From Gemmatimonadales bacterium (lineage in GTDB: Bacteria; Gemmatimonadota; Gemmatimonadetes; Gemmatimonadales; GWC2-71-9), in assembly GCA_041577295.1 (NCBI GenBank), contig JBFGJG010000003.1:1-64000 (forward strand): a DNA stretch of 64,000 nt. Direction: 5' to 3'. The notes under the pieces are model-generated. The model was not told where the DNA came from and made no database searches. It was given only the letters and a program-made list of their open reading frames with translations. The translations under genes were made by a program, and so were the position numbers. Each line of letters begins with the position of its first letter. The stretch's first letter is position 1. Positions 47,413 through 58,127 of the stretch are shown here, piece by piece.

Positions 47413-48131
47413 TTGACACCCGAACGTTCGAGGTATTTGACGACTTCGATGCACATAGCTCGGAATAATTTGGCTTCGCGGGCGTCGAGCGGCACGCGGT
47501 GTGTGACCTCACGCACCGTCCGCATGATGCTTGTGGGATTATGGCTCTTGAAGAACTCGACCGCGGTGAGCGCTTCCTCGGCGCTGCGGAAAAACTCCTC
47601 CAGCTGTTCGCGGTTTGCCGCTGGCGCAGCTCGGCGTGGCGTCTTGAACGCAGGCACGCCACCGGCGAGAAACAGCTCGTACGCCATCACGGTAAACGCG
47701 TGGGCGAGATTGAGTGCCTGATAACCACTCGTCGGAATGGTAACGGTCCGATGGCACCGGTCCAGCTCCTCGTTCAACAGCCCGCGGTCCTCCGGTCCGA
47801 GCACCATGGCCGCCGTACCGTCCGCCGCGGCGGTGAGCAGGTCCGGCGCCGCATCACGGGGCCGCTGAACGTTGCGCTTGACCTTCCGCTGCCGTGCCGT
47901 GAGACACGCGACGTACGTGCAATCCGCTAGCGATTCATCGAGCGTGTCGTAGAACCTCACGCGCCGCAACACATCTCCCGTGCCGTGGGCGATTCCCTCG
48001 ATGCGCCGCACATCGTATTCCGCTGGCTGCACCAGCCGCAGATCGCGCAGCCCGAAGTTTTTCATCGACCGCACCACCGCCGCGATATTCACTAAGTCCT
48101 GTGTTCGACACAACACGACGACCAGGTTCAT
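47409..48131 (-). CDS. trmJ: SPOUT RNA methyltransferase, TrmJ/LasT family
   Basis: NIAAVVRSMKNFGL..LRLVQP, LTAR, LGPEDRGLLNEEL..C, ALNLAHA, YELF. Confidence 0.85.
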   Translation of the reverse strand: MNLVVVLCRTQDLVNIAAVVRSMKNFGLRDLRLVQPAEYDVRRIEGIAHGTGDVLRRVRFYDTLDESLADCTYVACLTARQRKVKRNVQRPRDAAPDLLTAAADGTAAMVLGPEDRGLLNEELDRCHRTVTIPTSGYQALNLAHAFTVMAYELFLAGGVPAFKTPRRAAPAANREQLEEFFRSAEEALTAVEFFKSHNPTSIMRTVREVTHRVPLDAREAKLFRAMCIEVVKYLERSGVK

Positions 48132-50878
48132 GACATCACCACCTGGATCGCAGTTGCTGGATGCTCACGATCTCCGCGAAGGTAAACGAACCCTCCTCCT
48201 CGCCCACCCCACACGAGCTGCCCGGCTCGACGCTCCCGATCCGGATACATCTCGTTGATCACCAACTTTGCCGAGAACGTCGACCCGGGCGTGAGCGTTT
48301 GTCCCGTTGCGATGCTGACCAGCATTCGGTAACCCACCGGCGTTGGCGCCCACGACCCCGCCACCCGGGACGGATCCGCACCCGTCCCGGCAACGCCCCG
48401 TACGTGTACCGACTCGCCATCCGCATCCGGGACCACCACGTAGCCCTCCCAGCACCCCAACCCGAGATAGCACTGCATCCCATCGGAGTGGATGTCTGGG
48501 GCTTCGTTGTCCAGGCGCGGATCCGGATCGGAAGGCCGGCGAAAGTGCAGCTGCTGCTTGATGACATCGGCCGCGTAGCAGATACGGTCTCCCACCGAGA
48601 AGATCGCAACCCGTGCCCAGAAATCTCCCATCGATCCGAAATCTCGTTCTGACTTCCGGTAGTGAGCCGTCGTGAGCGTGGCGACCGTGTCGGTCGGAAG
48701 GTAGCGGTCCCACTCGCGGACGGGTGGCAGCTCGGACAGACGCCGACAGGGCACCCGAACGGGCGGGGTGGACGAGCCGGGCTGGGGTCCTGAGGCCGGT
48801 GGCTCGCGCGTCCCACGCAGCACAACGTCCTGCCCCTCCCGATCAGTGATCCGGCAGCCATCATCTTCCACCGCCATTGACTCGAAGCGCCCATCCCGCC
48901 ACTCGACGAGAACTGTCCCAGGAGCCGTCGCGCGCACACCCGCAATCGCTTCGTCGAATGCGTAGCACTGGACCCACGTTCCACCGCCTGCGCATCGCCG
49001 AATGACAAAGGGCTCAAGAGCGCCCTCCGCAAACTGAGCATCCGATGGCCCGGGTCCGAGTGCCTTCAGCAGTTGCTCGCCCGTTCGTCGCACGAAATGG
49101 ATCCGGAAGCCGTCCGCATCACCGAGCTTGAAGTGGTCGCTCGCCGGCAGTACGAGCTCCCGAACATCGGTCAGCGCATCATACCCGTGCTCGTGTCCGT
49201 GCGTCGCGGTGGATTCGATCGAGATGAAACGCTCCTCGACCCCCGCGTGATCGAGGCCCCCGTGAGCGTGAATCGGCAAGTCAACGACAACGTCGTCATC
49301 AGCCTGCACTTCGAGCATATCGACCACGTAACGGGCACCGGTAATGACCGAGCGGGTCACGCGCGTTCCCGGACCCAGAATACCCTCGCCGACTGCCTGC
49401 ACCCAACCACGGTCAGCGACATGATCGAACGCGCGACACCACGCAGCATGCGAACGCTGTCCTATACCCGCGACTCCCGGAGCGTTGTGCGCTAGCGTCG
49501 AGCGATACCAGTGCAGCTGGCGCGAGACGTAGGACCCGGTGCCCGGGTCGTTGAACAGCGGGCGGTCCCAAAAGAGCGTGAGATGCAACGCGTCGGGATG
49601 GCCGTGACCTGCAACACGGTCCCCACACTCAACGCTCGCATAACGAGTGGACGAAGGGCGAAGCACGGCAACACCCGCCTGCGGCAGCAGGCAATTCCCT
49701 GCGTGCCAGTCGGTGGATCGTGCGACCGGAGGATCAGGGTCCATCCAGAGGAGCGCTTTCCAGCCCAGCAGCGACCGATCCAAAGTGGTAGCGGGCCGGT
49801 TCTGTTCCTGTTCGGCGATCTCGACAAAACCCGGGTCGTCCAGTGCCGGGATCTCAGCCTCGTACAGGTCAGCGAGCACGCTCGCCAGACGGTCGGAGCG
49901 AGTCCTCAACCAACCGATCTCCCACAGCTCTGCGAAGCGGGGCTGACGTATTGAGACACCGAACGGCGCATCTCCACGAGCGGCGAGGGTGAGGTCCGGC
50001 AGTACCGTCGCGAGTGGCGCCTCATACATTGCCAGCAACCGATTGCGCAGGCGCGACGCATCATAGAGATCCACTCCGAAGCCGCGCAACAGTTCGGCAG
50101 CCAACAGGAAGCCGCGCAGTGCAAAGAGATGGTAGTTCTCGCCCTCGAACCACATGCCGTCTGCACCGACGCCGGCCGAGAGTAACGCTTCGAGCCCATG
50201 TTTGCCTTCGAGCCCGCGCTCGATGAGTGCGGAGTCCGCGAGCCACTGACCCGCCGCGATCAGCGCGGTGTCGTGCCAGACTTGTCGGTTCGAAAATCCC
50301 TCGTCGAAGGAGCAGATCAGTGCCGCAGACTCCGCTACCATCTCGTCGAAGCCCCGAGGACCGCCACGTCCGACGATGGATGCAGCGATCGTGACCTGTA
50401 TCAGCCAAATCGATTCGAGGTAGGTCGAGAAAAAGAGTCGCGTGGGGCCCAGCACGTTGTCACGGTTGGGATAGTCGCGGTACTGAAGGGCGTACCCTTC
50501 CAACACCATGCGCGCCCGTTCCATTGCTGTCCGATCGCCGCGGAGCTGGCCCAGCAAGGCCAGGTGGATCGCACGCTCGCTCAACCAGAGTTGGTAGGGC
50601 CAGATCCAATGCCGGTAGTGATGTTCCTCGTTGTACGATGCCCCGCAACGGGGACAGCGGTGCTTATGCGGGCTCAGGGGATCGAAGCTTAGGCGACAGC
50701 CATCGACTGGACACCGGCCGCCGTCGACGGAAAGACGGGCTTTCTCGGGTGGAATGAAGATCGAGCGATCCATGAGGGGCTGGACGAGCCGCCACAACCG
50801 GTCACACAATGCTCGTAGGGCGGGCGCTTGCTCGACTTCCGCCCGCCGTGAAGCAAGCTCCTCACTGCTCGCCAGCAT
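48128..50878 (-). CDS. Heparinase II/III-family polysaccharide lyase-like protein with N-terminal Cys cluster and C-terminal sugar-binding-like domain
   Basis: CPVDG…CPRC, SNRQVW, DGMWFEGENYH, GHGHPDALHL, DPGTGSY…WYRSTLAHN. Confidence 0.8.
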   Translation of the reverse strand: MLASSEELASRRAEVEQAPALRALCDRLWRLVQPLMDRSIFIPPEKARLSVDGGRCPVDGCRLSFDPLSPHKHRCPRCGASYNEEHHYRHWIWPYQLWLSERAIHLALLGQLRGDRTAMERARMVLEGYALQYRDYPNRDNVLGPTRLFFSTYLESIWLIQVTIAASIVGRGGPRGFDEMVAESAALICSFDEGFSNRQVWHDTALIAAGQWLADSALIERGLEGKHGLEALLSAGVGADGMWFEGENYHLFALRGFLLAAELLRGFGVDLYDASRLRNRLLAMYEAPLATVLPDLTLAARGDAPFGVSIRQPRFAELWEIGWLRTRSDRLASVLADLYEAEIPALDDPGFVEIAEQEQNRPATTLDRSLLGWKALLWMDPDPPVARSTDWHAGNCLLPQAGVAVLRPSSTRYASVECGDRVAGHGHPDALHLTLFWDRPLFNDPGTGSYVSRQLHWYRSTLAHNAPGVAGIGQRSHAAWCRAFDHVADRGWVQAVGEGILGPGTRVTRSVITGARYVVDMLEVQADDDVVVDLPIHAHGGLDHAGVEERFISIESTATHGHEHGYDALTDVRELVLPASDHFKLGDADGFRIHFVRRTGEQLLKALGPGPSDAQFAEGALEPFVIRRCAGGGTWVQCYAFDEAIAGVRATAPGTVLVEWRDGRFESMAVEDDGCRITDREGQDVVLRGTREPPASGPQPGSSTPPVRVPCRRLSELPPVREWDRYLPTDTVATLTTAHYRKSERDFGSMGDFWARVAIFSVGDRICYAADVIKQQLHFRRPSDPDPRLDNEAPDIHSDGMQCYLGLGCWEGYVVVPDADGESVHVRGVAGTGADPSRVAGSWAPTPVGYRMLVSIATGQTLTPGSTFSAKLVINEMYPDRERRAGQLVWGGRGGGFVYLRGDREHPATAIQVVMS

Positions 50879-51890
50879 CTTCCACTTCTTCTTCTTCGCG
50901 GACGGTGACCCCCTCCATGTCAAACGCAAACGCGAGCACTCGCGCGCCCGCGAGCTCCGCGGACTTCATCACGTGTGGCCGCTGGTCCGGTGGGCTCACG
51001 ACGAGAAGGCACCCACCTGCACCCGCCCCGGTGGCCTTCACGCCCCACGCACCCGCATCCCGCACTGCGCGCTCGATCTGGCGTACCCGCGGCGTCGAGA
51101 TGGTCACGTCGAGCCGCTGCTGTTGAACCCAATTTTCATCAACGACCTCAGCGAGACACTGCCAATCTGTGGATTCGATCGCTCTGGCGGCTTCCCGACC
51201 GAGATCCCGGATGCGGAGCAGCGCCTCACACACGGACGACTCGCCGCGCTCGTAAGCCGCCCACACGCGTTCGTGTGTTTTTGAGGAGAAATGGCTCTGA
51301 CCCGTATACAGCAGCGTGAGGTGCTTAGCGAACTCGGTTTCCAACTCCGGACCCACCACCAGCGGGCGCGACTGGACGGTCGTGCCATCAAAGTGAAACT
51401 CGTGAAAGCCTCCGAACGCCGCGGCGTACTGGTCCTGGCGGCCACCGAGCAGTCCCAGCTCCACGGCCTCGAGTTGATAGCCCAGATCCGCGAGGTCCTC
51501 ACGGTCAAACTCCTCGTGCCTGCACCGAGCCAGGCCGGCCACGAGCGTCACGTCGAGTGCGCCGGACGCCCCGAGTCCAGATCCTGCCGGCGCGTCGGAG
51601 CGGGTGAGAATCTCGATACCCCCGGTGACCGGCAGCATGTTGAGCGCCGCCTTATGCAGATCGAGCACTCCGTCATACTTGATATCAGCTGGCCCAGGGA
51701 GACTCACATGCTCGCCCACATCCTCGGCATTGAGCCTAATGCGATTGTGGCCTAGCAAGAATTCCCCGTGCGTGTACAGATTGATCGCCGCATTGGTGAC
51801 AAAACCGCCACATGCCTGGGCAAACCGATCGACGTCGGTCCAACCGCCTGCGAAATCGATCCGCACCGGTGCTCGCGCAAAGATCGTCAT
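50862..51890 (-). CDS. GHMP-family sugar kinase (HddA/fucokinase-like)
   Basis: ARAPVRIDFAGGWTD, PAGSGLGASG, GGRQDQYAAAFGG, KATGAGAGG. Confidence 0.88.
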   Translation of the reverse strand: MTIFARAPVRIDFAGGWTDVDRFAQACGGFVTNAAINLYTHGEFLLGHNRIRLNAEDVGEHVSLPGPADIKYDGVLDLHKAALNMLPVTGGIEILTRSDAPAGSGLGASGALDVTLVAGLARCRHEEFDREDLADLGYQLEAVELGLLGGRQDQYAAAFGGFHEFHFDGTTVQSRPLVVGPELETEFAKHLTLLYTGQSHFSSKTHERVWAAYERGESSVCEALLRIRDLGREAARAIESTDWQCLAEVVDENWVQQQRLDVTISTPRVRQIERAVRDAGAWGVKATGAGAGGCLLVVSPPDQRPHVMKSAELAGARVLAFAFDMEGVTVREEEEVEDAGEQ

Positions 51891-53473
51891 GGCATCGTGG
51901 CCGACGCGATGCGCCACTGTGCGAGCGTTGCTAACTCACCCCGCAGATCGACGGTCACGCCCTGGAGACGACCGCTGGCTCCCTGAAGCCCGCGCGCGTG
52001 GTACAGCCACGTCGTTGGGTGATCGTCCGCAAGGATTCGCTGTGCATCACGCCATGCCACTTCCAAGGCCGCCGCGGTCGTCGCTCGCTCGGCTCGAGCG
52101 ACCGCCGCATCAAACGCACTGTTGCGCCAGCCGGGATAGGACAAAGGCCCCGGAGCAACTCCACTGAACATCGCGGCGAGGTAGCCGAGTGACAGGTTCC
52201 CCGGGATGAGCGTCACCAGCGCATCGAAGTCCCGTTCGGGCCCCTGCGCAACGGCGAGAAAGGTGGCGAACTCGAGCTGCCGGATACGCACCTCCACACC
52301 GAGGGTGCGGAGTTGCGCCTGAATCATCTGCTCGAGCGCGTTGTCTCCACTCCCCACGGTGAGCAACTCCAAGGCAAGCCTCTTTCCGTCGCGCTCGCGG
52401 ATGCCGCCGGCGATGCGCCTCCATCCGGCACGCTCCAGCAGCGCTTCGGCTCGATTGGGATCGAATGGCTGCCGTTCGATATTCTCGAACCACGGATGTT
52501 CCGGCGGCACCGGTCCGTCGGTCACATGACCGAAACCGTAGAGATAGGCGTCCACGATCAGCTGGCGGTCGATCGCCATCGTCATCGCCATCCGCACGTC
52601 CCGGTCGTCAAACGGGGCGCGCCGGAGATTCCACACGAGGGCGGCGACCAGGAACACGGGGTAGTCAATGACTCGTAACCGCGGATCGGACCGCACGAAC
52701 TCGGCGTGCGCGGGAGCGATCCCGGCAAAATCCAACTCTCCTGACGTCAGCGCGGCGAGCTTGGTGGAAGGCTCATCGACGACGACCACCACGAAGCGTT
52801 CGAGTTCTGCGGGCGATAAGTCGACCGGGAAATCCTCGTGTCTGCGAAAGACCCAGCGCTGATTGGGACGGTACTCAACGAAGGCAAACGGACCGTTGCC
52901 GACGGGCTGACGGTTGAACTCGGCGAGGCGAACGTCGCCAGGTCGCACGTTGGTGAATCGGTGAGCCGGGAGGATCGCGAGATCGGTCAGCACGTCGGGA
53001 AAGGTAGGCTGGGAATGACGGAAACGCACCAGCACGCGCGCGCTGTCCACTACGTCCACCGCCGCGATCGACTCCAAATCGCGAGCGCGCGGATAGGCAA
53101 CGTCCGCCTGCTGCGCGGTCTCGAGCGTCCAGCGGACGTCCTCTGCGGTCGTGGGCACCCCGTCGTGCCATTGGACATCGGTTCGCAGATGAAACATCAG
53201 GCTGGTCCGATCGGGCCCCCAGCTCCAGGTGGCGAGCCGCGGCACCGGATGCATCGCTTCGTCGTACGCGGCCAAGGTGAGCAGGAGCACGTGTTTTTGC
53301 ACTGCTTTTGCCAAGGGATGGACCGTGAGCAGCGGGTTGATGGATTGGAGATCGGCACCAGATGCGTAAAAGACCGATGCCGAACGCGTGTCGCTCTGTG
53401 GCACCGAACACGCAGCAAGCGTGGCAACGACCGTGAGTCCAGACATCGTCAGACCCTGCGGGAGCATCCGCAT
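51887..53473 (-). CDS. ABC transporter substrate-binding lipoprotein, family 5 (DppA/OppA-like)
   Basis: Lipobox LAAC, FHLRTDVQWHDG.PTTAEDV, PVGNGPF, VRMAMTMAIDR. Confidence 0.9.
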   Translation of the reverse strand: MRMLPQGLTMSGLTVVATLAACSVPQSDTRSASVFYASGADLQSINPLLTVHPLAKAVQKHVLLLTLAAYDEAMHPVPRLATWSWGPDRTSLMFHLRTDVQWHDGVPTTAEDVRWTLETAQQADVAYPRARDLESIAAVDVVDSARVLVRFRHSQPTFPDVLTDLAILPAHRFTNVRPGDVRLAEFNRQPVGNGPFAFVEYRPNQRWVFRRHEDFPVDLSPAELERFVVVVVDEPSTKLAALTSGELDFAGIAPAHAEFVRSDPRLRVIDYPVFLVAALVWNLRRAPFDDRDVRMAMTMAIDRQLIVDAYLYGFGHVTDGPVPPEHPWFENIERQPFDPNRAEALLERAGWRRIAGGIRERDGKRLALELLTVGSGDNALEQMIQAQLRTLGVEVRIRQLEFATFLAVAQGPERDFDALVTLIPGNLSLGYLAAMFSGVAPGPLSYPGWRNSAFDAAVARAERATTAAALEVAWRDAQRILADDHPTTWLYHARGLQGASGRLQGVTVDLRGELATLAQWRIASATMP

Positions 53474-53521
53474 CCGGCTCTCTCACTTGACGAGGTGGGC
53501 CCGAGCCTCCGACCCTTGCGC

Positions 53522-54517
53522 ATGCTCTGGCAGGTCACTCGACGGCTCTTGCTGGGCCTGGGCGTGGTCCTTGGTGTGGTCACGCTCACGTTCCTGCTCA
53601 TCAACCTAGCGCCGGGCGATCCGGCGCGCCTCTGGGTTCCACCCGGCTCCGGTGCCGAGGAGCTGGAGGCCGCACGGCGAGCATTGGGATTGGATCGACC
53701 GCTCGGGATCCGTTACCTCGATTGGCTCGGCGACTTCCTACGCGGGGATTGGGGCGTGAGTTTGGCCCAGCAGCGACCCGTCACCCACATCCTGGGCGAC
53801 GCCCTCCCGCACACGCTACTGTTGTCCGCCGCTTCGCTCATCATCACCTACCTGGCCGGCATCCTCATCGGTGCAATCCAAGCCTGGCGGCATCGGAAGC
53901 CGATCGATACGGGACTGACCATCGGAACTTTGATGTTGTACGGCATGCCCTCCTATTGGCTCGCCATCATGCTGGTCTTGTGCTTCTCGTATGGTGCTGC
54001 CCGATGGGGCTGGCCGGGGTGGCTGCAGCTGCCGGCCATTGGTGTGACCTCACTCGATGCCGAGCTGTACACACCGTGGCAACGCGTGGTCGATCGCATG
54101 CGTCATCTCGCGCTGCCGCTCGTGACGCTTGGCATTATCGGAGCGGCGGGGATGGCGCGTTTTGCACGAGGCGCCGTTTTGGACGTGCGAGGCCGAGACT
54201 TCATCCGCGCGGCCCGGAGCAAGGGCATCCATCCTCTGCGCGTCGAGATGCGGCATGTCCTCCGCAACGCTCTGCTCCCGGTCATCACGCTTCTTGGATT
54301 GTCGTTGCCGGCGCTCGTGTCAGGAACCGTGTTCGTCGAAGTGATCTTCGCATGGCCGGGCATGGGGCGGGTGATGGTGGGGGCGGTGGGCGCACGAGAC
54401 TACCCGTTGGTCATGGCGACGACGGTCGTGTTCGCCGTGCTCGTCGTCATCGGCAACCTGCTTGCCGATCTCATGTACGGGGCCGCCGACCCGCGCATGC
54501 GCCGGAAGCCAACATGA
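53522..54517 (+). CDS. ABC transporter permease (DppB/OppB-like)
   Basis: LAPGDPA, LGLDRP…RYLDWL…GDWGVS, ARSKG…RHVLRNALLP, VEVIFAWPGMG, DPR. Confidence 0.92.
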   Translation: MLWQVTRRLLLGLGVVLGVVTLTFLLINLAPGDPARLWVPPGSGAEELEAARRALGLDRPLGIRYLDWLGDFLRGDWGVSLAQQRPVTHILGDALPHTLLLSAASLIITYLAGILIGAIQAWRHRKPIDTGLTIGTLMLYGMPSYWLAIMLVLCFSYGAARWGWPGWLQLPAIGVTSLDAELYTPWQRVVDRMRHLALPLVTLGIIGAAGMARFARGAVLDVRGRDFIRAARSKGIHPLRVEMRHVLRNALLPVITLLGLSLPALVSGTVFVEVIFAWPGMGRVMVGAVGARDYPLVMATTVVFAVLVVIGNLLADLMYGAADPRMRRKPT

Positions 54518-55386
54518 CAACACTCCGCCGATTGGTCACCGATGGACGTGCGGTCGCGGGGATGACAATCCTCGGGCTGTTCTGCGCCATCGCGCTCTTG
54601 GCACCGCTGGTGGCACCTGCCGACCCTCTTATCCAGACGGACATCCTCCGTACGCGGTTCCTGGCACCGTTGACGACTGGACCAGACGGGGTGTTTCACC
54701 TGCTGGGCACGGATCGCTTTGGTCGGGACCTGTTTTCACGACTCGTGTTTGGGACTCGCATTTCGCTGACGGTGGGACTCTTGTCTGTAGCAGTCTCGAT
54801 CACGCTGGGAGGGGCGATTGGCGTGTTCGCGGGAGTACGCGGTGGCACGATCGAACAGGTATTGATGGCCGTGACGGATGCCGTCCTTGCCATGCCGCGG
54901 CTCGTTCTCCTGCTGGCACTGGTCACCTTGTGGGAGACCAGTCTCATCCTCGTGGTGCTGGTGCTGGGATTCACGGGGTGGATGAGCGTTGCGCGGCTCG
55001 CCCGCGCCGAGGTGAAGGCCTTGCTCGAACGCCCATTTGTCGATGCAGCCCGAGCTGGCGGCGCTGGCCGCTGGCGGCTCGTGAGCCATCATCTACTGCC
55101 AAACGCGCTCACCCCGGTGATCGTCGCGGCGGCGCTCGCGGTGGGCAACTCGATCATGCTCGAAGCGGGACTCTCATTCCTCGGTTTGGGGATTCCCGCA
55201 CCCGCGCCCTCCTGGGGAAACATGATCGCCGAGGGCCGGGAAGCGCTGATCAACGCACCGTGGATTGCCATGTTCCCCGGCATGGCCGTGGTGCTCGCAG
55301 TCATCGCCTGCAACCTGCTGGGCGACGGCTTGCGGGATGCGTTGGATGTGGAGTTGGCAGGAAAAGAGGGATCGGTAGTCAACTAA
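54514..55386 (+). CDS. ABC transporter permease (DppC/OppC-like)
   Basis: HLLGTDRFGRDLFSRL..GTRISL, HLLPN, EAGLSFLGLG…PSWG, NLLGDGLRDALD. Confidence 0.92.
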   Translation: MTTLRRLVTDGRAVAGMTILGLFCAIALLAPLVAPADPLIQTDILRTRFLAPLTTGPDGVFHLLGTDRFGRDLFSRLVFGTRISLTVGLLSVAVSITLGGAIGVFAGVRGGTIEQVLMAVTDAVLAMPRLVLLLALVTLWETSLILVVLVLGFTGWMSVARLARAEVKALLERPFVDAARAGGAGRWRLVSHHLLPNALTPVIVAAALAVGNSIMLEAGLSFLGLGIPAPAPSWGNMIAEGREALINAPWIAMFPGMAVVLAVIACNLLGDGLRDALDVELAGKEGSVVN

Positions 55387-55448
55387 ATGTGCCACCCATA
55401 CCGCCACTAGAGTAACTCCTCTGAAGGGCGATATGTGGAAAAGCCGCC

Positions 55449-58127
55449 CTACTCGGCCTCCACAACGATGGTCACCACCTCCCGCGGCTCCGCGACAAAC
55501 GGCACTCCCCTGCCCCTCCGCGTCGTCTTCAATTCTCGCAGCGCGGTTTCATCTAGCCGCGCAGCCACGGCCCGGCGGAGGGGAAACGGGAATTTCCATT
55601 CTCCCTGCGTGCGCTCGTCGCTCAGGTTGACGCAGCGCAGCACAACGCCTGGGCCAAACTCGGCGGGCTTGAGACTGGTGAAGGCGAGTCCCGCACCCGA
55701 GAGCGCTGGCCCCTCAATAGCAGATGGAACATCGATGCCGGAACGCAGCATGAGACCGGTGAGCGGCGCGTGAAACTCTTCCGCCAATCGCTCAATGCGA
55801 TGCCACTCCTTCGGCGGACTCCCGGCGCCCACCGTTTCGCTGCACACAGCCAGCTCAGCCCGGAAGTGACCCGGCTCCTGGGCGAGCGGTGTCGCCGCAG
55901 GCCACGCGGCGTGCCCCAGTCGGGCGGCGAGGTCGGGCTTGGACAGCTCCCCGACAGCTCGGAAGAGCGTCACAGCGAGCATGCCATCTTGCCGTAGCTC
56001 GTACTCGAATCGATCCCTGGCAAACACGGTGAATGCACCGGGAATGCTGACATAGCGATGCATCGGTGCAGTTGCCACCGGCCATTCGAGAGGAAACTCC
56101 CGCGTGTCGTAGTCTTCGCGCCGTCGGACGACCGGACCGAATTGCATGTCCGAAACATGGTCGTCCCCTAGGGGCTCTTGTGGAATCGAGAACAAGAGTC
56201 GCAGCCGATGCTGCTTACCACGATTCTCCCCCTCTACCACGAACCGAACGAGACGCGATCCAGCATCGAGGCGAGCGTAGAGCGTCCCTCGCACGAAGTC
56301 GCCCACCGAAAAAGGTCTTGCGAGGGCGGCGACGAATGGCCCTCGCCACACCACACGCCTGCGTCCCCACCGTGCTCGCACCGCTCGTCGAGAGAAGGTT
56401 GGCTCGAACGTGTAGGTGTCACCTTCGTCACCCTCGCTCTCGATGAGGGCGAGAACGTTGGCTCGACCGTCACCACGTGGACGCACGGTGAGGCCGCCGG
56501 AGCGCTCGCCTTGGACACGACACCACCCGCCGTGTATCGCCGTGCGGCTGGCGCCAACCTGGTCGCGCACACGCGCCGTCCGTTCGGCGTCCCGCATGTC
56601 ATATGATCGGCCACCCAAGGATGGGACGCGCCGGGCGTGGAGGGCCACGCGGAACGCCGTCACTTCGTCTTGCAGCGGATAGTGATCGGGACTGTCCAGG
56701 CGCTCGTAGGTGTCGTACCGATCGAGCAACTGCAGCGGCACTCGGACTCCGTCTGCGCCGACGAGTCCTGGGATCTCGACTGGCACCCGCGTTTCCACTT
56801 CTTGCCGCACGGGGGGTGGACCCATCCGTACCCGTTTCTTGAAGACCGTGACCGTCGCCTCGACCACTCCGTCACGTGGCCATGGAGAGGGATTGAGCAC
56901 CACGAGCGTCGAGGTCCAACGATCCTGGCGGCGGCGTGCCAGGGTCCGGTCTTGATTCAGACGATCGTACAGTGCGTCAACGAGAACTCCCCGGGCCTGA
57001 ACAGTCACACGGCGTGCCCGCTGCAAGACGTCTCGAGCTACGTCATCCGCAACCGTCCCGGCTAACGAGTCGTGAAAGTGGTTCCGGAGATGATCACGCC
57101 ACGCAGCGCGGAGCAGAGGACGGGCATCCGCGTCGGCTGAGATCGCCGCCAGGGCTGCCTGCGGCTCCGCCCAGCGCACCAGGAGTCGATCGCCTTCCGC
57201 GACGGCCGCCTTCAGTCGCGCTCGTGTCGCGTGCACCCCCTGGAGTGTCCACGTGTAGCGGTACGAGAACCGCAGCTCGCCGGTTACGGTCGTCCGCGGA
57301 GGCTCTGTCACGGCGGCGAAATAGTCTACTGGGGAACCGATCACGAACCGATATTGCGACGCGACGCGTCGGAGCAACCGCAGGGCTGGGATCAAGTCGG
57401 GTTGCGGCCGATGATGGTCGGCTCCGTTGAGCAGTAGGAGCGGGCGGTTGCCGGCCCGGGGCTCGAGCGTGCGAACGATCTCCTGCCAGCGTCGCCCCAT
57501 CTCGCGGCGATCGATCGGCAGGCTCGCACCGAGTTCGTAACCGGGAGGCGGGAGGTGATACACGAGACACGACGCGCCATCCGGCCCAGTCCAGTGGAAG
57601 AGGTCCCCTTCCTGCCCCGTCTCACCGCCGTAACCACGCCACAACAGCGCGTGCTCAATGCCGAATCCGGCCAAAAGCGTCGGCAGGACGGCGGGATGTC
57701 CGAAGGCATCGGGTGAATACCCGAGGTCGCACCGTCTTCCGAGCGATCGAGCCACGCTCGTCCCCATGAGGAGATTGCGAACCAGGCATTCGCCGCTAGA
57801 GAGCAGCTCGTCCGCCAACACGTACCAGGGCCCGAGTAACAGCTTCCCCTCTTCAACGAGACGCGCGACCATCGGCCGGCGCTCGGGACGAACGGACAGA
57901 TAGTCGTCGATCAGTACGCACTGTCCATCCAACAGGAACCGGTCGAATTCGGAATCGTTTTCGAGGTGCCCCATCACCTCGTCGATCGTGTTGAGGAGCC
58001 GTTGACGAAAACGAGCACTCGGCTCATACCACTCGCGGTCCCAGTGTGTGTGCGGCACGACGAACACCATTCGACGCTCACTGACGCGTTGCCTAGATCG
58101 CGCGCGCGCGTGCACACGTCGGTTCAC
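55449..58127 (-). CDS. Glycoside hydrolase family 38 (alpha-mannosidase-like)
   Basis: VPHTHWDREWY, FLLDGQ, GPWYVLADE…SGE.LVRNL, YSPDAFGH, NGADH, HFHDSLAG. Confidence 0.92.
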   Translation of the reverse strand: MNRRVHARARSRQRVSERRMVFVVPHTHWDREWYEPSARFRQRLLNTIDEVMGHLENDSEFDRFLLDGQCVLIDDYLSVRPERRPMVARLVEEGKLLLGPWYVLADELLSSGECLVRNLLMGTSVARSLGRRCDLGYSPDAFGHPAVLPTLLAGFGIEHALLWRGYGGETGQEGDLFHWTGPDGASCLVYHLPPPGYELGASLPIDRREMGRRWQEIVRTLEPRAGNRPLLLLNGADHHRPQPDLIPALRLLRRVASQYRFVIGSPVDYFAAVTEPPRTTVTGELRFSYRYTWTLQGVHATRARLKAAVAEGDRLLVRWAEPQAALAAISADADARPLLRAAWRDHLRNHFHDSLAGTVADDVARDVLQRARRVTVQARGVLVDALYDRLNQDRTLARRRQDRWTSTLVVLNPSPWPRDGVVEATVTVFKKRVRMGPPPVRQEVETRVPVEIPGLVGADGVRVPLQLLDRYDTYERLDSPDHYPLQDEVTAFRVALHARRVPSLGGRSYDMRDAERTARVRDQVGASRTAIHGGWCRVQGERSGGLTVRPRGDGRANVLALIESEGDEGDTYTFEPTFSRRAVRARWGRRRVVWRGPFVAALARPFSVGDFVRGTLYARLDAGSRLVRFVVEGENRGKQHRLRLLFSIPQEPLGDDHVSDMQFGPVVRRREDYDTREFPLEWPVATAPMHRYVSIPGAFTVFARDRFEYELRQDGMLAVTLFRAVGELSKPDLAARLGHAAWPAATPLAQEPGHFRAELAVCSETVGAGSPPKEWHRIERLAEEFHAPLTGLMLRSGIDVPSAIEGPALSGAGLAFTSLKPAEFGPGVVLRCVNLSDERTQGEWKFPFPLRRAVAARLDETALRELKTTRRGRGVPFVAEPREVVTIVVEAE

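Noticed and set aside
53522..55386. ABC system lacking ATPase genes as a novelty
   Set aside because: ATPase subunits are often encoded elsewhere; this cannot be judged from one window.
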